From assembly GCF_009914755.1 (NCBI RefSeq), contig NC_060943.1: DNA of 64,000 bases, one strand, 5' to 3'. How positions within the stretch are numbered: position 1 is the first letter of the stretch; each line of letters opens with the position of its first letter. The notes below the pieces were generated by a model. It did not search any database, was not told the origin of the DNA, and saw only the letters and a program-made list of their open reading frames with translations. This document shows, one piece after another, positions 49,449 to 64,000 of this stretch. The stretch comes from the human T2T-CHM13v2.0 reference genome, Homo sapiens. The translations under genes and the position numbers were made by a program.

Positions 49449-50443
49449 TAAGAGCTCAGATGGGCAGAGTGGAAGCTGTATATATATATATATTTTTTTG
49501 AGAGACAGGGTCTTGCTCTGTTAGCCAGGTTGGAGTGCAGTGGCAATCATAGCTCACTGCAGCCTGGAACTCCTGGGCTCAAGTCATCCTCCTTCCTCTG
49601 CCTCCCAAACTGGTGGGATTACAGGTGTGAGCCACTGCACCCTGCAAAGCCACACTAATAAATAGTGTTTGGGAAACTCTGCAACTGGGAGAATTCTGTG
49701 GAAAACCAATAGTATAAATCCTGTTAGTTTTTTTTTTTTTTTCTTTTCTGAGACAGAGTCTCACTCTGTTGCCCAGGCTGGAGTACAGTGGCGCAATCTC
49801 GGCTCACTGCAACCTCTGCCTCCCAGGTTTAAGCTAGTCTCCTGCCTCAGCCTCCTGAGTAGCTGGGATTACTGGTGCCTGCCACCATCCTTGGCTAATT
49901 TCTGTATTTTTAGTAGAGAGAGGGTTTCACCAAGTTGGCCAGGCTGGTCTCGAACTGCTGTCCTCATTTGATCTGCCCGCCTCAGCCTCCCAAAGGGCTG
50001 GGATTACAGGTGTGAGCCACCATGCCTGGCCTAAATCCTGTTAGTTTTGAATGGAAATTTTCTTTCTTTCTTTTTTTTTTTTTCTGGGACAGATTCTTGC
50101 TTCGAGACAATGACAAATACAAACTAGGTTTACTGTAAATATGAGAAAGGGAAAAAATACTTTTATTGTATTAGAAGACTTGAAATCACATGAAGTGATA
50201 CCAATCTTTTGTTGTTGTTGGTCAGATGTTTTAGCTATTTTAGGTGTTTGGGTTTTTTGTCTTTCTACATAACTGCTAACCTTGTTAGTATCTGCAGAAT
50301 GCCTTAATTAGGAAAGGTATTAACCCTATGTGTCAGATTTGTATAATTCATATTGTTTTACATGGAGTCTTCCAATAAATGTATATGGTATATGTCTCTA
50401 TTTGCTGTCTTTGATTTCTTTTATCAGCATTTGGTAGTTGTAA

Positions 50444-50704
<261 letters not shown>

Positions 50705-51304
50705 TAGCCAGGATAGTCTCGATCTCCTGACCTCGTAGTCCACCTGCCTTGGCCTCCCAAAGTGCTGGGATTACAGGTGTAAGCCACTGCACCCGGCCTC
50801 TTTGACCTTTTTCTTAATGGAGCAATCATACATAGTATTTTATTTTTAATATCAGGTTTCATGTGCAAATTGCTAGTGTATAGAAATATACAAGATTATT
50901 ATTATTATTATTTTGAGACAGGGCCTTACTCTGTCATCCTGGCTGGAGTGCAGTGGAGCAATCTCAGCTACTGCAACCTGTGTCCTGCAGGCTTAAGTCA
51001 TCCTCCCACCTCAGCTTCCCCAGTAGCTGGCACTGCAGGCATGTGCCACCATGGCCTGTTAAATTTTTGTGTTTTGTAGAGATGGGGTTTCACCATGTTA
51101 CCCAGCCTGGTCTCAAACTCCTGAGCTTGAGTGATCTGCCTGCCTTGGCCTCCCAAAGTGCTGGGATTACAGGCACGAGCCACCATGCCTGGCTGATGAA
51201 ATATACGATATTTTTGTAGGTTGACCTTATACTTTGCTACCTTTACATTTTTCTTGTTCTAGAGATTTTTGTAGATTTTTTTGGAATTTTCTACATAAAA
51301 TCAT

Positions 51305-51770
51305 TTCATCAGTTTCCTATTGCTATACACAGTGATTGGCTTAAAACAAGAAAAATGTATTCTTTTATAATTCTGTAAGTCACATATCTAATATGGGTCC
51401 ATAGTTCTGTGATTCTTCATTAATCTCCAGGGGAGAATTTGTTTCCTTACCCTTTGTAGGTTCCAGAGGCCACTTACATCCTTTGACTCATGGTCCACTT
51501 CCTCCATCTTTAAAGGTGAGAAAAAAATCTCTTTATCCCTCTATTTTCAACACATCACCACTGTCTCTGTCCCTTCGCATCCACCTGCACCCTTCTGATA
51601 TTGAACCTTGTGATTCTATCACTTTGACCATATAATTCAGGATGTCTATCTAAAGATCCTTATCTAGACCACATTTGCAAACTCCCTTTTGATATATCCA
51701 GTAACACAGGTCATAGGGATGTAGCTACCTTCCTTTGGGAAAGGTATTAGCCTGCACAACCAACATATTT
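51305..51770. mobile_element. MLT1-type MaLR LTR
   Basis: cagtttcctattgcta...tggcttaaaacaa...tccaggggagaatttgtttccttaccc...cacatttgcaaactcccttt motifs. Confidence 0.65.
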
Positions 51771-52138
51771 TCTGTTGGTACACTATTTTTTTTGTCCTGT
51801 CCTCAGGCCACCCTCCTTCCTCAGCCTCCCAAAGCACTGTGATTACAGGCCTCAGACACCACACCCAGCCTGTCACTTTTATTTCTTTTTCCTTTATTTC
51901 ACTGGCTGGAACCTTTCATATTGTGTGGAATAGTAGTGATAAGAGGGGACATTCTTGCCCTCATCCCAACCTCTAGGGGAAACTATGCTTTCACCAGTTT
52001 GTATGATGATTCTGATTCTGTAAGGATTGGTAGGTGATCTTGAGTTGAGGAAGTTTCCCATGATACTGCTTTCCATACTGACCGCAGTATTTCAGATTCC
52101 CACAAAATGTACGAAAATAGTTTCTCCACATCCTTGCT

Positions 52139-53310
52139 TGTGAAGCAGGTTCACTGCACACTGGTTGCCAATGTGTCTGAGTTGAGTGAGAGATAATCTC
52201 ACGGACACACAGTAAGTTACATGAAGTGAATTTGTTACATACAGATCGGCAGATACCTGGGATTCATGCATTCTGCTCCCCAAGGCTCAGGAAAACCACC
52301 CAGTGCAGATGCAGTCTCTCTGTATGTGTTCAACTTGCATCACAGCTGTGGGAGGCTGGAAGGCGGCCCATCCTGGGTTTCATGCTCCAGGGATGCATGG
52401 CACGTTGGCCTAAAGCAACAAAGGGGATCCTGTTCTGGGGATCTGGAACACATCCTGTCCTTTTCTCACCGGTCCCTTCCTCTCAGGATGTTGCTTTTCC
52501 AGCACATTCTATATTCATTCTTGGGAACTACAAGTGAGAAGTCAGATGCAACTGGGCCAATTCAACCCCACTTGAATGCTGTCCTGCAGTCTCTCCGCCA
52601 ATCCAGATATCCCTTTTATTTTTATATTTTTTGAGACGGAGTCTCGCTCTGTCTCCCAGGCTGGAGTGCAGTGGCGCAATCTTGGCTTACTGCACCTCCA
52701 CCTCCCAGATTCAAGCAATTCTTGTGTCTCAGCCTCTCGAGTAGCTGGGACTACAGGCATGTGCCACCATGCCTGGCTAATTTTTTTTTTTTTTTTTTTT
52801 TGTATTTTTAGTAGAGACTTCGTTTCACCATGTTAACCAGGCTGGTCTCTAATTCCCGACCTCAGGTGATCTGCCCTCCTCGGCCTCCCAAAGTATTGGG
52901 ATTACAGGCGTGAGCCACCACGCCTGGCCCAGATATCCCCTTTAATAAAGCTAGTCCATTTATATGTGCACTGACCTCCCTGGATCTGGAGGTAGAGGCT
53001 GGTCTCAGGAGATTGAAGTAATACCTCGACTGGCAGAATCTCAGGGCAACATCATTGAGGTACAGCCAGTTGCATTTCACTAGGCTCAAGAGGATTGCTG
53101 CCTCAAGCAGGATAACCAGGCCTGCCTGGAGCAGTGCCGTAGTCCAGGATCCCAGTGACCTAGGTGAGAAGTTGGTACTCAGATCAAAGAAAAGTTCTTC
53201 AGGTGACCCCACTGTCTGCAGCCAATGGGCCTGCTTGTGGGCCTTATGTATTTGTGTTTCAAAAATAACCTGAGGGCTTGATGTGGGGGTCCTTATCTCC
53301 CATGCAAGGT
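52139..53310 (-). mobile_element. Old ERV relic: LTR (~52139-52532) plus env transmembrane-like internal sequence, with an Alu at ~52615-52930
   Basis: TG...CA bounded LTR-like block; minus-strand peptide IFETQIHKAHKQAHWLQTV...SLGSWTTALLQAGLVILLEAAILLSLVKC resembles an env membrane-proximal and TM region. Confidence 0.55.
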
Positions 53311-54279
53311 GATTCATGCCTATAATCCGAGCACTTTGGTAGGAGCAGATGGGAAGACTGCTTGAGGCTAGAAGCTGGAGACCAGCCTGGGCAACAAAAC
53401 CAGACTACATCTCTATTAAAAACAAAGCAACAAACAGTAGAAAATTAGCACAGTGGAGAGGCACAGGCCTTTACTCACAGCTACTCGGCAGGCTGAGACA
53501 GGGGGTCACCTGCCCAGGACCCCAGGAAGTCAAGGTTGCAGTGAGCTATGATTGCGCCACTGCATTTCAGCCTCGGTGGCAGAGACCCTGTCTTAAAATT
53601 TTAAAAAGTATTAAAAAACTAAGTTGGACCGGGCGTGGTGGCTACTCTGGAGGCTGGGGCAAGAGAATCACTTGAACCCAGGAGGCGGAGGTTACAGTGA
53701 GCTGAGTGCCTGCCACTGTACTCCCGCCTGGGGGACAGAGGGAGACGCTGTCTCAAAACAACAACAACAACAAAAAACTACGTCGTTTATGGCTATTTTT
53801 ATAAGTTACTGGCTTTTTTTTTTTTTAAAGAATCGGTGACTTATCTTCACACTGGCCTTAGTCCTCCATGCCCAACACGATGTCCCTAGGAAAGTCTCTG
53901 GAATTGAGCACAGGGTTGACCTTCACCGTCTAGAGTGAATGGGGAAGATAAATGAAAAGTATTTATCTTCTATGGGCACTGGCATGAAATAGAACATTCT
54001 ACCCTGGCAGGGTTTTGCATTTCACATTTTAGCTTGCATCATCCCCTTCACAGACAATTCCAAAGTGTGTTAATTCAATTCCTAAAGCTTCCCTTCCCTT
54101 CCTCCCTTCCCTTCCCTCCTTACTTTTCTTTCTTGTCCATTTATTTTCGGTTTTTTTCTCTTTCTTTCTTGGTTTTCTTTCTCTTTTTCAACTTCTCTTT
54201 CTTTTCTCTTTCTCTTTACTCTCTCTCTTCTCTCTCTTTCTGCTTCCAGGGTAGGTGGGACTTGAAATTCATTTTAATA

Positions 54280-55100
54280 GAAGGAATTTTCGTGGATATA
54301 ATCTACAACCGATTTTGCTCTGCGCAGGTAAGATCCGTTTTCAGACCAAAACCCTGAAAACAAGCGCAGCCAGTCAAGCGAACGGAAGCGCAGGCCCGGC
54401 CCAGGCTTTGTCCCGGCCCAGGCTTTGTCCCGGCCCGCCCTGGTCCCAGCCAGTCCGGCCTCTAGGATGCGCGCGCAATTTCGTGCAAACCCGGAAGCGG
54501 ACCGCGGGGGGCGAACGCCTAGAGCGCAGTTTCCGGTAGACCCGGAAGCCGATTGCAGGGAGAAACTGTTTTCGCAGCAGTGCGTGAGTTTCCCTTTGTC
54601 TATGTTAAGTCTAGGCTAGCCAGTTCTTCTCTGCTTCTATACCCGGGAGCTGAGGGGCATGCAGACCTTGAAATCCCGGCACCGCTCCCTCCACCCCGAG
54701 TAAATTCAGACATCCTTTGAGAGTCTGGGAGTCGCTTTCTGCGTGTTAAAATCGCTTGGAGGCTGGTCGTGTGCCCGGTCTTTTTGTCATTTACCCACGT
54801 AGACACCTCCTATCGTGGGGTTTACCTGCTTCAAATCCTTTAGTAACCCCTACACACGCCCCGCACCACGTAAAATCCTCACTCTCCGTTCCCCTAGCCT
54901 CGCCCTTCTTTGCCCCTAGAGCTCAGCGCCCCAACAGGGCACGAGAGGCCTCGTCCTCTGCCCAGACCTGGTTTCTGCAGACTCCACCCCTCTCCTGACC
55001 CACTCCTGCCTTTTTGCTCCTTAATCTGGACCCTCTGTTCCCCAGGCCTCCCTTTTCCAGCCACCGGTTCTCCTGACCCCGAGTGTGGGGGGTGACTTCA
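54280..55100 (+). promoter_or_regulatory. ZNF528: ZNF528 CpG-island promoter and non-coding exon 1 (donor at 54583/54584)
   Basis: CpG-rich; TGCGCGCGCA 54468-54477; CCGGAAG at 54491 and 54542; TGC|GTGAGTTTCCCTTTG matches the ZNF880 exon-1 donor. Confidence 0.85.
54395..54436. repeat. 17-bp tandem repeat CCCGGCCCAGGCTTTGT x2.5 in the ZNF528 promoter
   Basis: Exact copies at 54395 and 54412 plus a partial copy at 54429. Confidence 0.9.
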
Positions 55101-55298
55101 GTCTCCTGACATCCAGTGTTCTCTCGAGCCAGTTTCCAGCCCACAGAAAATGAGCTCTTCCGGAAGTGGGCATCTTATTCCAATCCCCTCCCTGTGAATG
55201 TGTGGAGAAAAAGAGATGGGAACGAGGCAGAGGAAATAGAGAAATTTTGAAAGAGAAATGAAGAATGAGAGACCCATTAACAGAAGGCAAAGTAGAAG
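55061..55298 (+). other. ZNF528: Candidate ZNF528 5'UTR exon (acceptor uncertain)
   Basis: Perfect donor AAG|GTGAGT at 55298/55299; possible acceptors end at 55045, 55060 or 55139. Confidence 0.4.
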
Positions 55299-56013
55299 GT
55301 GAGTGAGGGGTTTGCAGAGGCACAGTGAAAAAAGGTGCCGAGAAAATAGCAGGGGAGAAAAGTAACTGTAAAAATATAGACAAACCTGGGTCTGTAGAAA
55401 GACGAAATTCAACAAGATAGGGAAGGCTTCTCAGACAGAGGGGGGAGAGGAGGAGGGATTTGGAGCCAGGTCAGACAGAGCAGCGTGGTGCTGGGACAGC
55501 CAGAGGGGGCAGCTGGTCACAAGGAGAACAGGGAGAACCACAGCAGGGGGAGGCCTGGGATCTAAGGGTGCCAGAGAGTGGGGACAGGGGTGTGTAATAT
55601 CGAAGATGGAATTTAACAGGGAGACCCCAAGGGGAGCTGAGATGTGGGAGGAAAGAGGCAGAAATATATGGAGATTAGGGACAATGAAAGATTGGGCAGA
55701 AAGAGGAATAAGAGGTGAAACAAGTTGTAAAAATGGATCAGAACAGGTGGGAGAGAAGGAATAGAGGGAAGAATGGGACAAAGAGAAGAGGAGGGACTCA
55801 AAATGAACAGAATCCTAGGGGAAAATAGAGAAAAAAAGAGCTAGGAAAAAAGATGAGAATGAGAGATATGTACAGAATGAGGCAGGGAAACAGTAGTGAG
55901 GAAAGAGGGGGACCCTGGTTACAGATGAGTGGTGAGTTGATTGGAAATTATGATTGAATTGTGACATATTAATTTTTCTATAATATAAAATTTGTTTAGA
56001 ACACATGAGGCTA

Positions 56014-56334
<321 letters not shown>

Positions 56335-56903
56335 CTATTTATAAGGCACTCTTCTCTTTTCTTGGGATGGACTAGGGTGTGAGTGTATAAGTTAGGAAAA
56401 ACCAGTGTGTTTTTGTGTTCACAGTGAACACAATAAAGAGCGCTCAACACAGAATGCCTCATCTCTGGTCACCAAAGTAATATGGGAATTACTTGTCACC
56501 AACAAGCAGTTCTTCGTCAGACAGCACCTGGGTGTTCTGTAATTTTACTCAGTTTAACTGGTCAGTGTAGGAACAACCACAGACACATTTTGATCACTAA
56601 AGGTGAGGGATTCTCCTTTGGGTGTGAGAGTAGTAAAAACAGTGTGGTTTTTTCCTGTCTCAAACAGTAAGGGGAAGAATTTTCCAACAGGCCCACTCAC
56701 CTGTCTCTAGGACTGTGTTCTTAGTAGTGACTGGGAATTGTCTGTCCCTGCTCCTGGCTGCTGCTGATGCTGAGACTGTGTGCCACAGGCCAGCCCCATT
56801 CACTCTCTCCTGATGCCACGGCATCCCTCCTCCACAGTGTCATCAGATTTTACTTCAAGGGAATTATTTTGGTCAGCATACCCAGATGGAGTTGTTGCCC
56901 ATT

Positions 56904-56906
<3 letters not shown>

Positions 56907-56942
<36 letters not shown>
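56907..56942. repeat. (AC)18 microsatellite
   Basis: Perfect dinucleotide run; the paralogous site at ~262-287 is interrupted. Confidence 0.95.
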
Positions 56943-56944
<2 letters not shown>

Positions 56945-58362
56945 CTTTATTTTTTCCACTATTTCATCCTCAGAAGAAAAAACAAAGTATTAGCTACATT
57001 TTTACTTGCAATAAGTATGCCTTTTCTGTGCTCCATGTAAGAGCACAATATACCAAAATCTTGTTTAGGCGCTCTCTCACTCTTTCCTCCATTTCTTGCT
57101 TGACCCCATCCAATCAGGTTTTGACACCAACCATTCCACTGCTCCTTTTTTTATCTGAGTCACCAGTGACTTCTCTGTTTCTAAATCTAGTTATTTATTT
57201 ATTCATTTAATTTTTAGAGACAAGGTCTTGCTCTGTCACCCAAGCTGGCATGCAGTGGCACAGTCATAGTTCACCATAACCTCAAACCCCTAGACTCCAG
57301 CAATCCTCCCGTCTTAGCCTCCAGAGTAGATAGGACTATGGGCCTGTCCCTCTGCGTGGCTGATTGAAAAAAAAATTTTTTTTTTTGAGACAAAGTCTCA
57401 CTACATTGCCCAGGCTGGTCTTGAACTCCTGACTTCTAGCCATCCTCCTACAAAGAAGTCCCAGCATGCTGGGATTAGAGGCATGAGCCCTTTACCCTGC
57501 TTAAATCTGACTTTGAATTTTCTGTCCTCCTGTCTTTTTCTGTCAGCAGCATGTTTCACAGCTGATCACTCTTTTTTTTCGCAGCTTTGAAGACATTGCT
57601 TGTATTTTTAAAAATCTGTTTAAAATTTTTCTCATTACTTTCGTATCTTATCAGTTTCCTCTGCTGCTGTCTCCTGAAGTGTCTTCTCTGAATATGGAAA
57701 TGTCACCCAATTTAGTCCTTAAACCTGTTCTGTCTGCCCACACCCTCAGCTTTTCCTTTTGATCTCATCTATGGTTTTAAACACCACCAACATGTCTCCA
57801 TTTTCCCTCTTCACCCACCCCTCTCCCCTGAATTCCAAAATCCTGTGTCCAGTCATGTTCTCGACATCTCTGCTGGGACATCCACAGGCATCTCCACCTC
57901 CACGTGTCCAAAATAGGCTTCCTGAACTCCCCCAGACATGTTCTCCCTACAGTCCTGCATAGCTCAGATGACAGACACCTTCTACTTTCTGGGGATTAAC
58001 TAAACCTGTCAGAATGTGCTTAAAATATATGAGATACTATTTGTGTTTTAATTTCTAAGGTACAGAATAAGTGACATATTTACTTAAAATGAGTGAGGAA
58101 ATAGATTGTTTCAAAATTTCTTTTGATGTGTAGGAGAAAATATTTGAAGAGCTCAGCCCTGCCTGATCTGCTTCCCCAGGACCTCTCTGACCTCATCTCC
58201 TGCCTCTGTTCTTCCCGCTCCCTCTACTGCAACTACACAGCCCCCTTTCCTTTTCTGAGAGCGTTTTGTATTTTTAAAATAAGTGCTTGATCAAAGTATG
58301 ATTTTAGGAATCACAGTTTATTACCACATGAAGAATTGCTTTTTTTTTTTTTTTTTTTTTAG

Positions 58363-58431
58363 GTTCACAAATTTTAAGAAAGGGAGAATAAAGTGAAAAA
58401 AATCTCAGAAGGAATCCACTCAACAGACGAG
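58363..58431 (+). other. ZNF528: Candidate ZNF528 5'UTR exon (69 nt)
   Basis: Long T-tract directly before AG at 58361-58362; GAG|GTACCT donor. Confidence 0.5.
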
Positions 58432-58691
58432 GTACCTTAACCACATAATGGTTGATTTCCAAAATTATTAACATCTGCTTGCTCAGTTAGGCTAAATCAG
58501 ACCTATGTAGAAAGTCAAAGTTTGAGGATTACCTCAGGGTGAGGTCTTCCCTTTGTGTGTGGCTATGGCACAGGAAGGAGGTATGTTGATTCTAAGCCCT
58601 AAGCAGCATATTTTTGACATTCAGGATTCACTTCCAAAGAGACATATTATGCAAGGAAGCAACTTGGAAGAGGAAAGAAAAGAAGTCAGGA

Positions 58692-58706
58692 ATGGCCCTT
58701 ACTCAG
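58692..58706 (+). CDS. ZNF528: ZNF528 coding exon 1 (MALTQ); whole exon 58625-58706
   Basis: 82-nt exon homologous to ZNF610 8386-8467; strong Kozak ggaATGg; CAG|GTAAGG donor. Confidence 0.92.
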
Positions 58707-60926
58707 GTAAGGTAATGTTCTCAGTGGATTGTTCTGTCTCTGTTTCTTCCTGAAATGCCAGGCATTGGAGTTGCTAATCTTTGACTCTGAAGCATCCTGC
58801 CTGACACGTTTGCTTGCACTTACCCATGGCTTCTTCCAGTCCCTTCATTTCCGCTTGAGATTTCAGTTCACTGTGACCCATTGACATGAACTTGGGAAGA
58901 GGCTGCACTGGGCATGGTCCGGGGGAGGGCTCTCAGCAGACATGGATGGAGACGGGGTGTGGGTCCCGTGGTGGCAGTGCTGCTGGGCAGCAGGGATTGT
59001 TCAGGGATCACATCTGGATGCACTGTCAGTGTTCTGTGGACTAGAATTAGAGAAGCTGCACGTCAAAGTTCCTTTCTTTCTTCTTTCTTTTTTTTTTTTG
59101 AGACAGAGTCTCACACGTTGCCCAGGCTGGAGTGCAGTGGCATGATCCCTGCTCATTGCAACCTCCGCCTCCCTGATTCAAAGGATTTTTCCACCTCAGC
59201 TTCTCATGTAGCTGAGATTACAGGTATGCACCACCACTCTAATCTAATTTTTGTGTTTCTAGTAGAGATGGGGTTTCGCCATGTTGGCCAGGTTGATCTT
59301 GAATGTCAGCCTCAAGTGATCTGGCCACCTCAGCCTCCCAAAGTGCTGGGATTACAGGCGTGAGCCACCACCCCCAGCCATATCCAATGATTTCTTAAGG
59401 TATAGGGTGCTGAGGTATTTTCTTTGCCCTTAATATGTTAAATTAGTACATTAATTTCCTGTAACATATCACCTTTTTATTAATGGAATAAATTAGTAAA
59501 CTTAATTAAATTTTGTTAATACCTAAATAACAATATTTTAATGGACGAAGCTTCATTTATAGGCCAGAAGCAGTGATGTGTGCCTATAATTCTAGCTTCT
59601 TGAGGGGTTGAGGTGGGAGGATCCATTCAGCCCAGGAGTTTGAGACTATCCTGGACACCTAGTGAGATCCTGTCTAAAATTTTAAAAATATTATGTTTTT
59701 GAATATGGATATTTAGTAGAGATTGGAGTTCAGGTTTCTGTGGTTTTACATGGTCTCCCATTTTTAAGTACTTACCATATGTTTATAAAATAAGTTGGTA
59801 CAATTTATACATTTTTATTGTGGCAAATATGCTGAAATACACATTGGGAAAAATAGTACTTACAGGTAGGCACAATGGTGCATGCCTTTAGTTTCCCACT
59901 TGGGAGGCTAATGAGGAAGGATCCTTTGATGCCAGGAGTTCAAGGTTATGGTGTGCTGTGAATAGCCACTGCCATCCAGTTTGGACAATGTATTGAGACC
60001 CTGTGTCTAAAAATTGCGAACCAAACTAATGATGAAAAATATGTAAAAAATAGGTCACTGGGACAGGGTGCAGTGGCTCACCCCTGTAATCCCAGCACTT
60101 TGGGCCAAGGCGGGCAGATGAGAGGGTCAGGAGTTTGAAACCAGCATGACCAACATAGTGAAACCCATCTCTACTAAAAGTAGAAAAATTAGCCAGGCAT
60201 GGTGGCGCACATCTGTAGACCCAGCTACTTGGGCGGCTGAGGTAGGAGAATCGCTTCAGCCTCAGAGGTGGAGATTGTGGTGAGCCAAGATTGTGCTACT
60301 GCACTCCAGCCTGGGCAACAGAGCGAGACTCCATCTCAAAAAAAAAAAAAAAAAAAAAAAGTCAGTGAGAGACAACTTCTCTTATTTCAACTGATGTCTA
60401 TAAGTGTGTATGTGTACTAGTGTATATGAGTGTGTAAGTGTGTACATGTGATGTGTGTGGATGAGTGCACAACAGTGGTTTTTATGAATGGCATGTCATC
60501 TATATAAATTTTATGTTTTTTAGTCAGTTGAAATTACATCTTAAATATTTACCAGGTTAAAATTTTTCTATACTATCATGCTAATGAGCTGATAGCTATA
60601 AGAATAATAATGTATTATGGGGACATATAATATATTATATATATGCAGATAAATGACCTTTTAGGCAGTTTTGTGTTTTTAATCCTTGAACTTGTTTTAA
60701 GTTTACTGAATTAGGTAATTGTCAATTTTCTTTTGATCCTGATCTGTTACTTAACTGTTTGATTCTTTAGGTTTGATTCTAATGTCCAGACACCTGGGAT
60801 CCCATGCTTACACTGCCATTGTTAGTCCTGACACCTGGGGCGAGTTTCCTAGAATACATGTGAAAGAGTTGTCTCTTCAGTAAGATAGGAACAGATTATT
60901 CTTTCTTCTTTTGTTTGTTTTTTTAG

Positions 60927-61583
<657 letters not shown>

Positions 61584-61632
61584 TGACCATTCTTAAAAAC
61601 TACAATAGGTTGGGGCCGGGCACAGTGGCTTA

Positions 61633-62075
<443 letters not shown>

Positions 62076-62540
62076 TCATGAGCCTGTAGCCCCAGCTACT
62101 CCAGAGGCTGAGGTTGGAGGATGACTTGAGTTTAGGAGGCAGAGGTTGCAGTGAGTCAAGATTGTGGCACTGCACTCCAGTCTGGGTGACAGAGTGATAC
62201 CCTGTCTCAAAAAAAAGAAAAAAACACTGTAGACATTGTCATCTCTGAAGACACCACTTGAATTGAATCTCAGGTAGATACTGGATATCACTTGGTGTGT
62301 AAAAATACCTAACACTTCTATAGAGAGAGATAACCCTGGATTAATTTTTTTTTGTATTGTCCAAAAATGAGACATCTACACTGATTTAAGGAATGTCTTA
62401 ACTTCTTATGGAGAAATATAATAAAACCACAATTACAGACACGTAACTGGCTCAAGAATACCTTAATATGGATTTTTCACAGTGCTCACATAAGTGGAGT
62501 CAGTCCTTAACGACTGTCTTCCCATTCTTTGTGACGATGA

Positions 62541-62834
<294 letters not shown>

Positions 62835-63189
62835 TGAAAAACTGTATTACACTTTCTGGACTTGAAATGTCCCCTTTCTTCAGGTATTCTCCTCCCTCCA
62901 CAATTCATGATTGGTGGCACCAGGGCCGAAGTATGCAGGAAACCTTATGACAAACTTTAAAAATATCCAGTTCCCTGTTTTCTACCCCTGTGCTTTTGAT
63001 TCTATAGTTCTTGGAAGGGGGCTCTATGTCTGCATGTTACAATGTTCCCTAAGCATTCAGAAAGAGGCAGTCAGTAGATGAATTTGTGAAATACTATTTA
63101 TGATTTAATTATAATATCCTCTCTCCTCCCTAAATACAGGGCTTGGACTTGGGAGATGCCACAGCACACATTTATTCTTTCTTTTATAA

Positions 63190-63369
<180 letters not shown>

Positions 63370-63661
63370 TGAGACAGGGTCTAACGCTGTCATCCAGGCT
63401 AGAGTGCGGTGGCAGTCATAGCTCACTGCAGCCTTGAATTCCTGGACTTAAGGGATCTCCCTGGCTCGCTCTTCCAAAGTGTTGGGATTACAGCCATGAG
63501 CCACTGTACCCTGCAAAGCCACACTATTACATAGCGTTTGGGAAACTCTCTGCAAATGGGAGAATTCTGTGGGAAAACCAAAGTTGAAATCTTGTGAGTT
63601 CTGAACAGACATTTTTCTTTATTTTCCTATTTATTTTTTGGAGATAGGATCTCTCTTGGGT

Positions 63662-64000
63662 CACCCAGTCCAGAATGCAATGGCATGATTATGGCTTGCT
63701 GCATCCTCGACTTCCTGGGCTCAAGTGGTCCTCCCACCTCAGCCTCCTGAATAGCCGGGACTACAGGTGTACGCCACGATGCCTGGCTAATTTTTGGTAT
63801 TTTATGTGGAGATGGGGTTTCACCATGTTACACAGGCTAGTGTTGAACTCCTGGGCACCCAGTCCAGAATGCAGTGGCATGATTACGGCTTGCTGCATCC
63901 TCGACTTCCTGGGCTCAAGTGATTCTCCCACCTCAGCCTCCTGAATAGCTGGGACTGCAGGTGTACGCCACCATGCCTGGCTAATTTTTTGTATTTTTTG
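63662..64000. repeat. 194-bp tandem duplication of an AluJ-like segment, running off the window
   Basis: cacccagtccagaatgca.tggcatgatta.ggcttgctgcatcctcgacttcctggg at 63662 and 63856. Confidence 0.85.

Overview
Primate (almost certainly human) genomic DNA from a tandem KRAB-C2H2 zinc-finger cluster, recognised as the chr19q13.41 ZNF610-ZNF880-ZNF528 region, with all genes on the + strand. ZNF610 has a complete CDS in 4 coding exons (63+127+129+1070 nt = 462 aa; 8 intact fingers plus 1 degenerate). ZNF880 has a CpG promoter and a complete CDS (12+127+129+1466 nt = 577 aa; 13 intact fingers plus 1 degenerate). ZNF528 has its promoter, start exon, KRAB-A and KRAB-B exons here, with the finger exon beyond the window. 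The rest is very Alu-rich and also carries L1, L2, MIR, MER21-type LTRs, a THE1 MaLR, Tigger/MER2/MER44 DNA transposons and a MADE1. I see no wholly new biological system, and no prokaryotic, CRISPR, rRNA or tRNA features. The best leads come from comparing the paralogs with each other. (1) A decapitated fourth KZNF gene copy with an orphan KRAB-B exon lies between ZNF880 and ZNF528, fused to a cut THE1 LTR at what may be a deletion breakpoint. (2) ZNF880 lost the ancestral start-codon exon and uses an ATG in the normally non-coding exon 1; its KRAB motifs are altered and an Alu sits in its KRAB-B polypyrimidine tract. (3) Both finger arrays were truncated, leaving fossil fingers in the 3'UTRs. 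(4) There are several unusual insertions: triple-nested DNA transposons, a processed LTR retrocopy and templated insertions. Gene names, repeat subfamily names and reference alleles come from recognition and were not database-checked.
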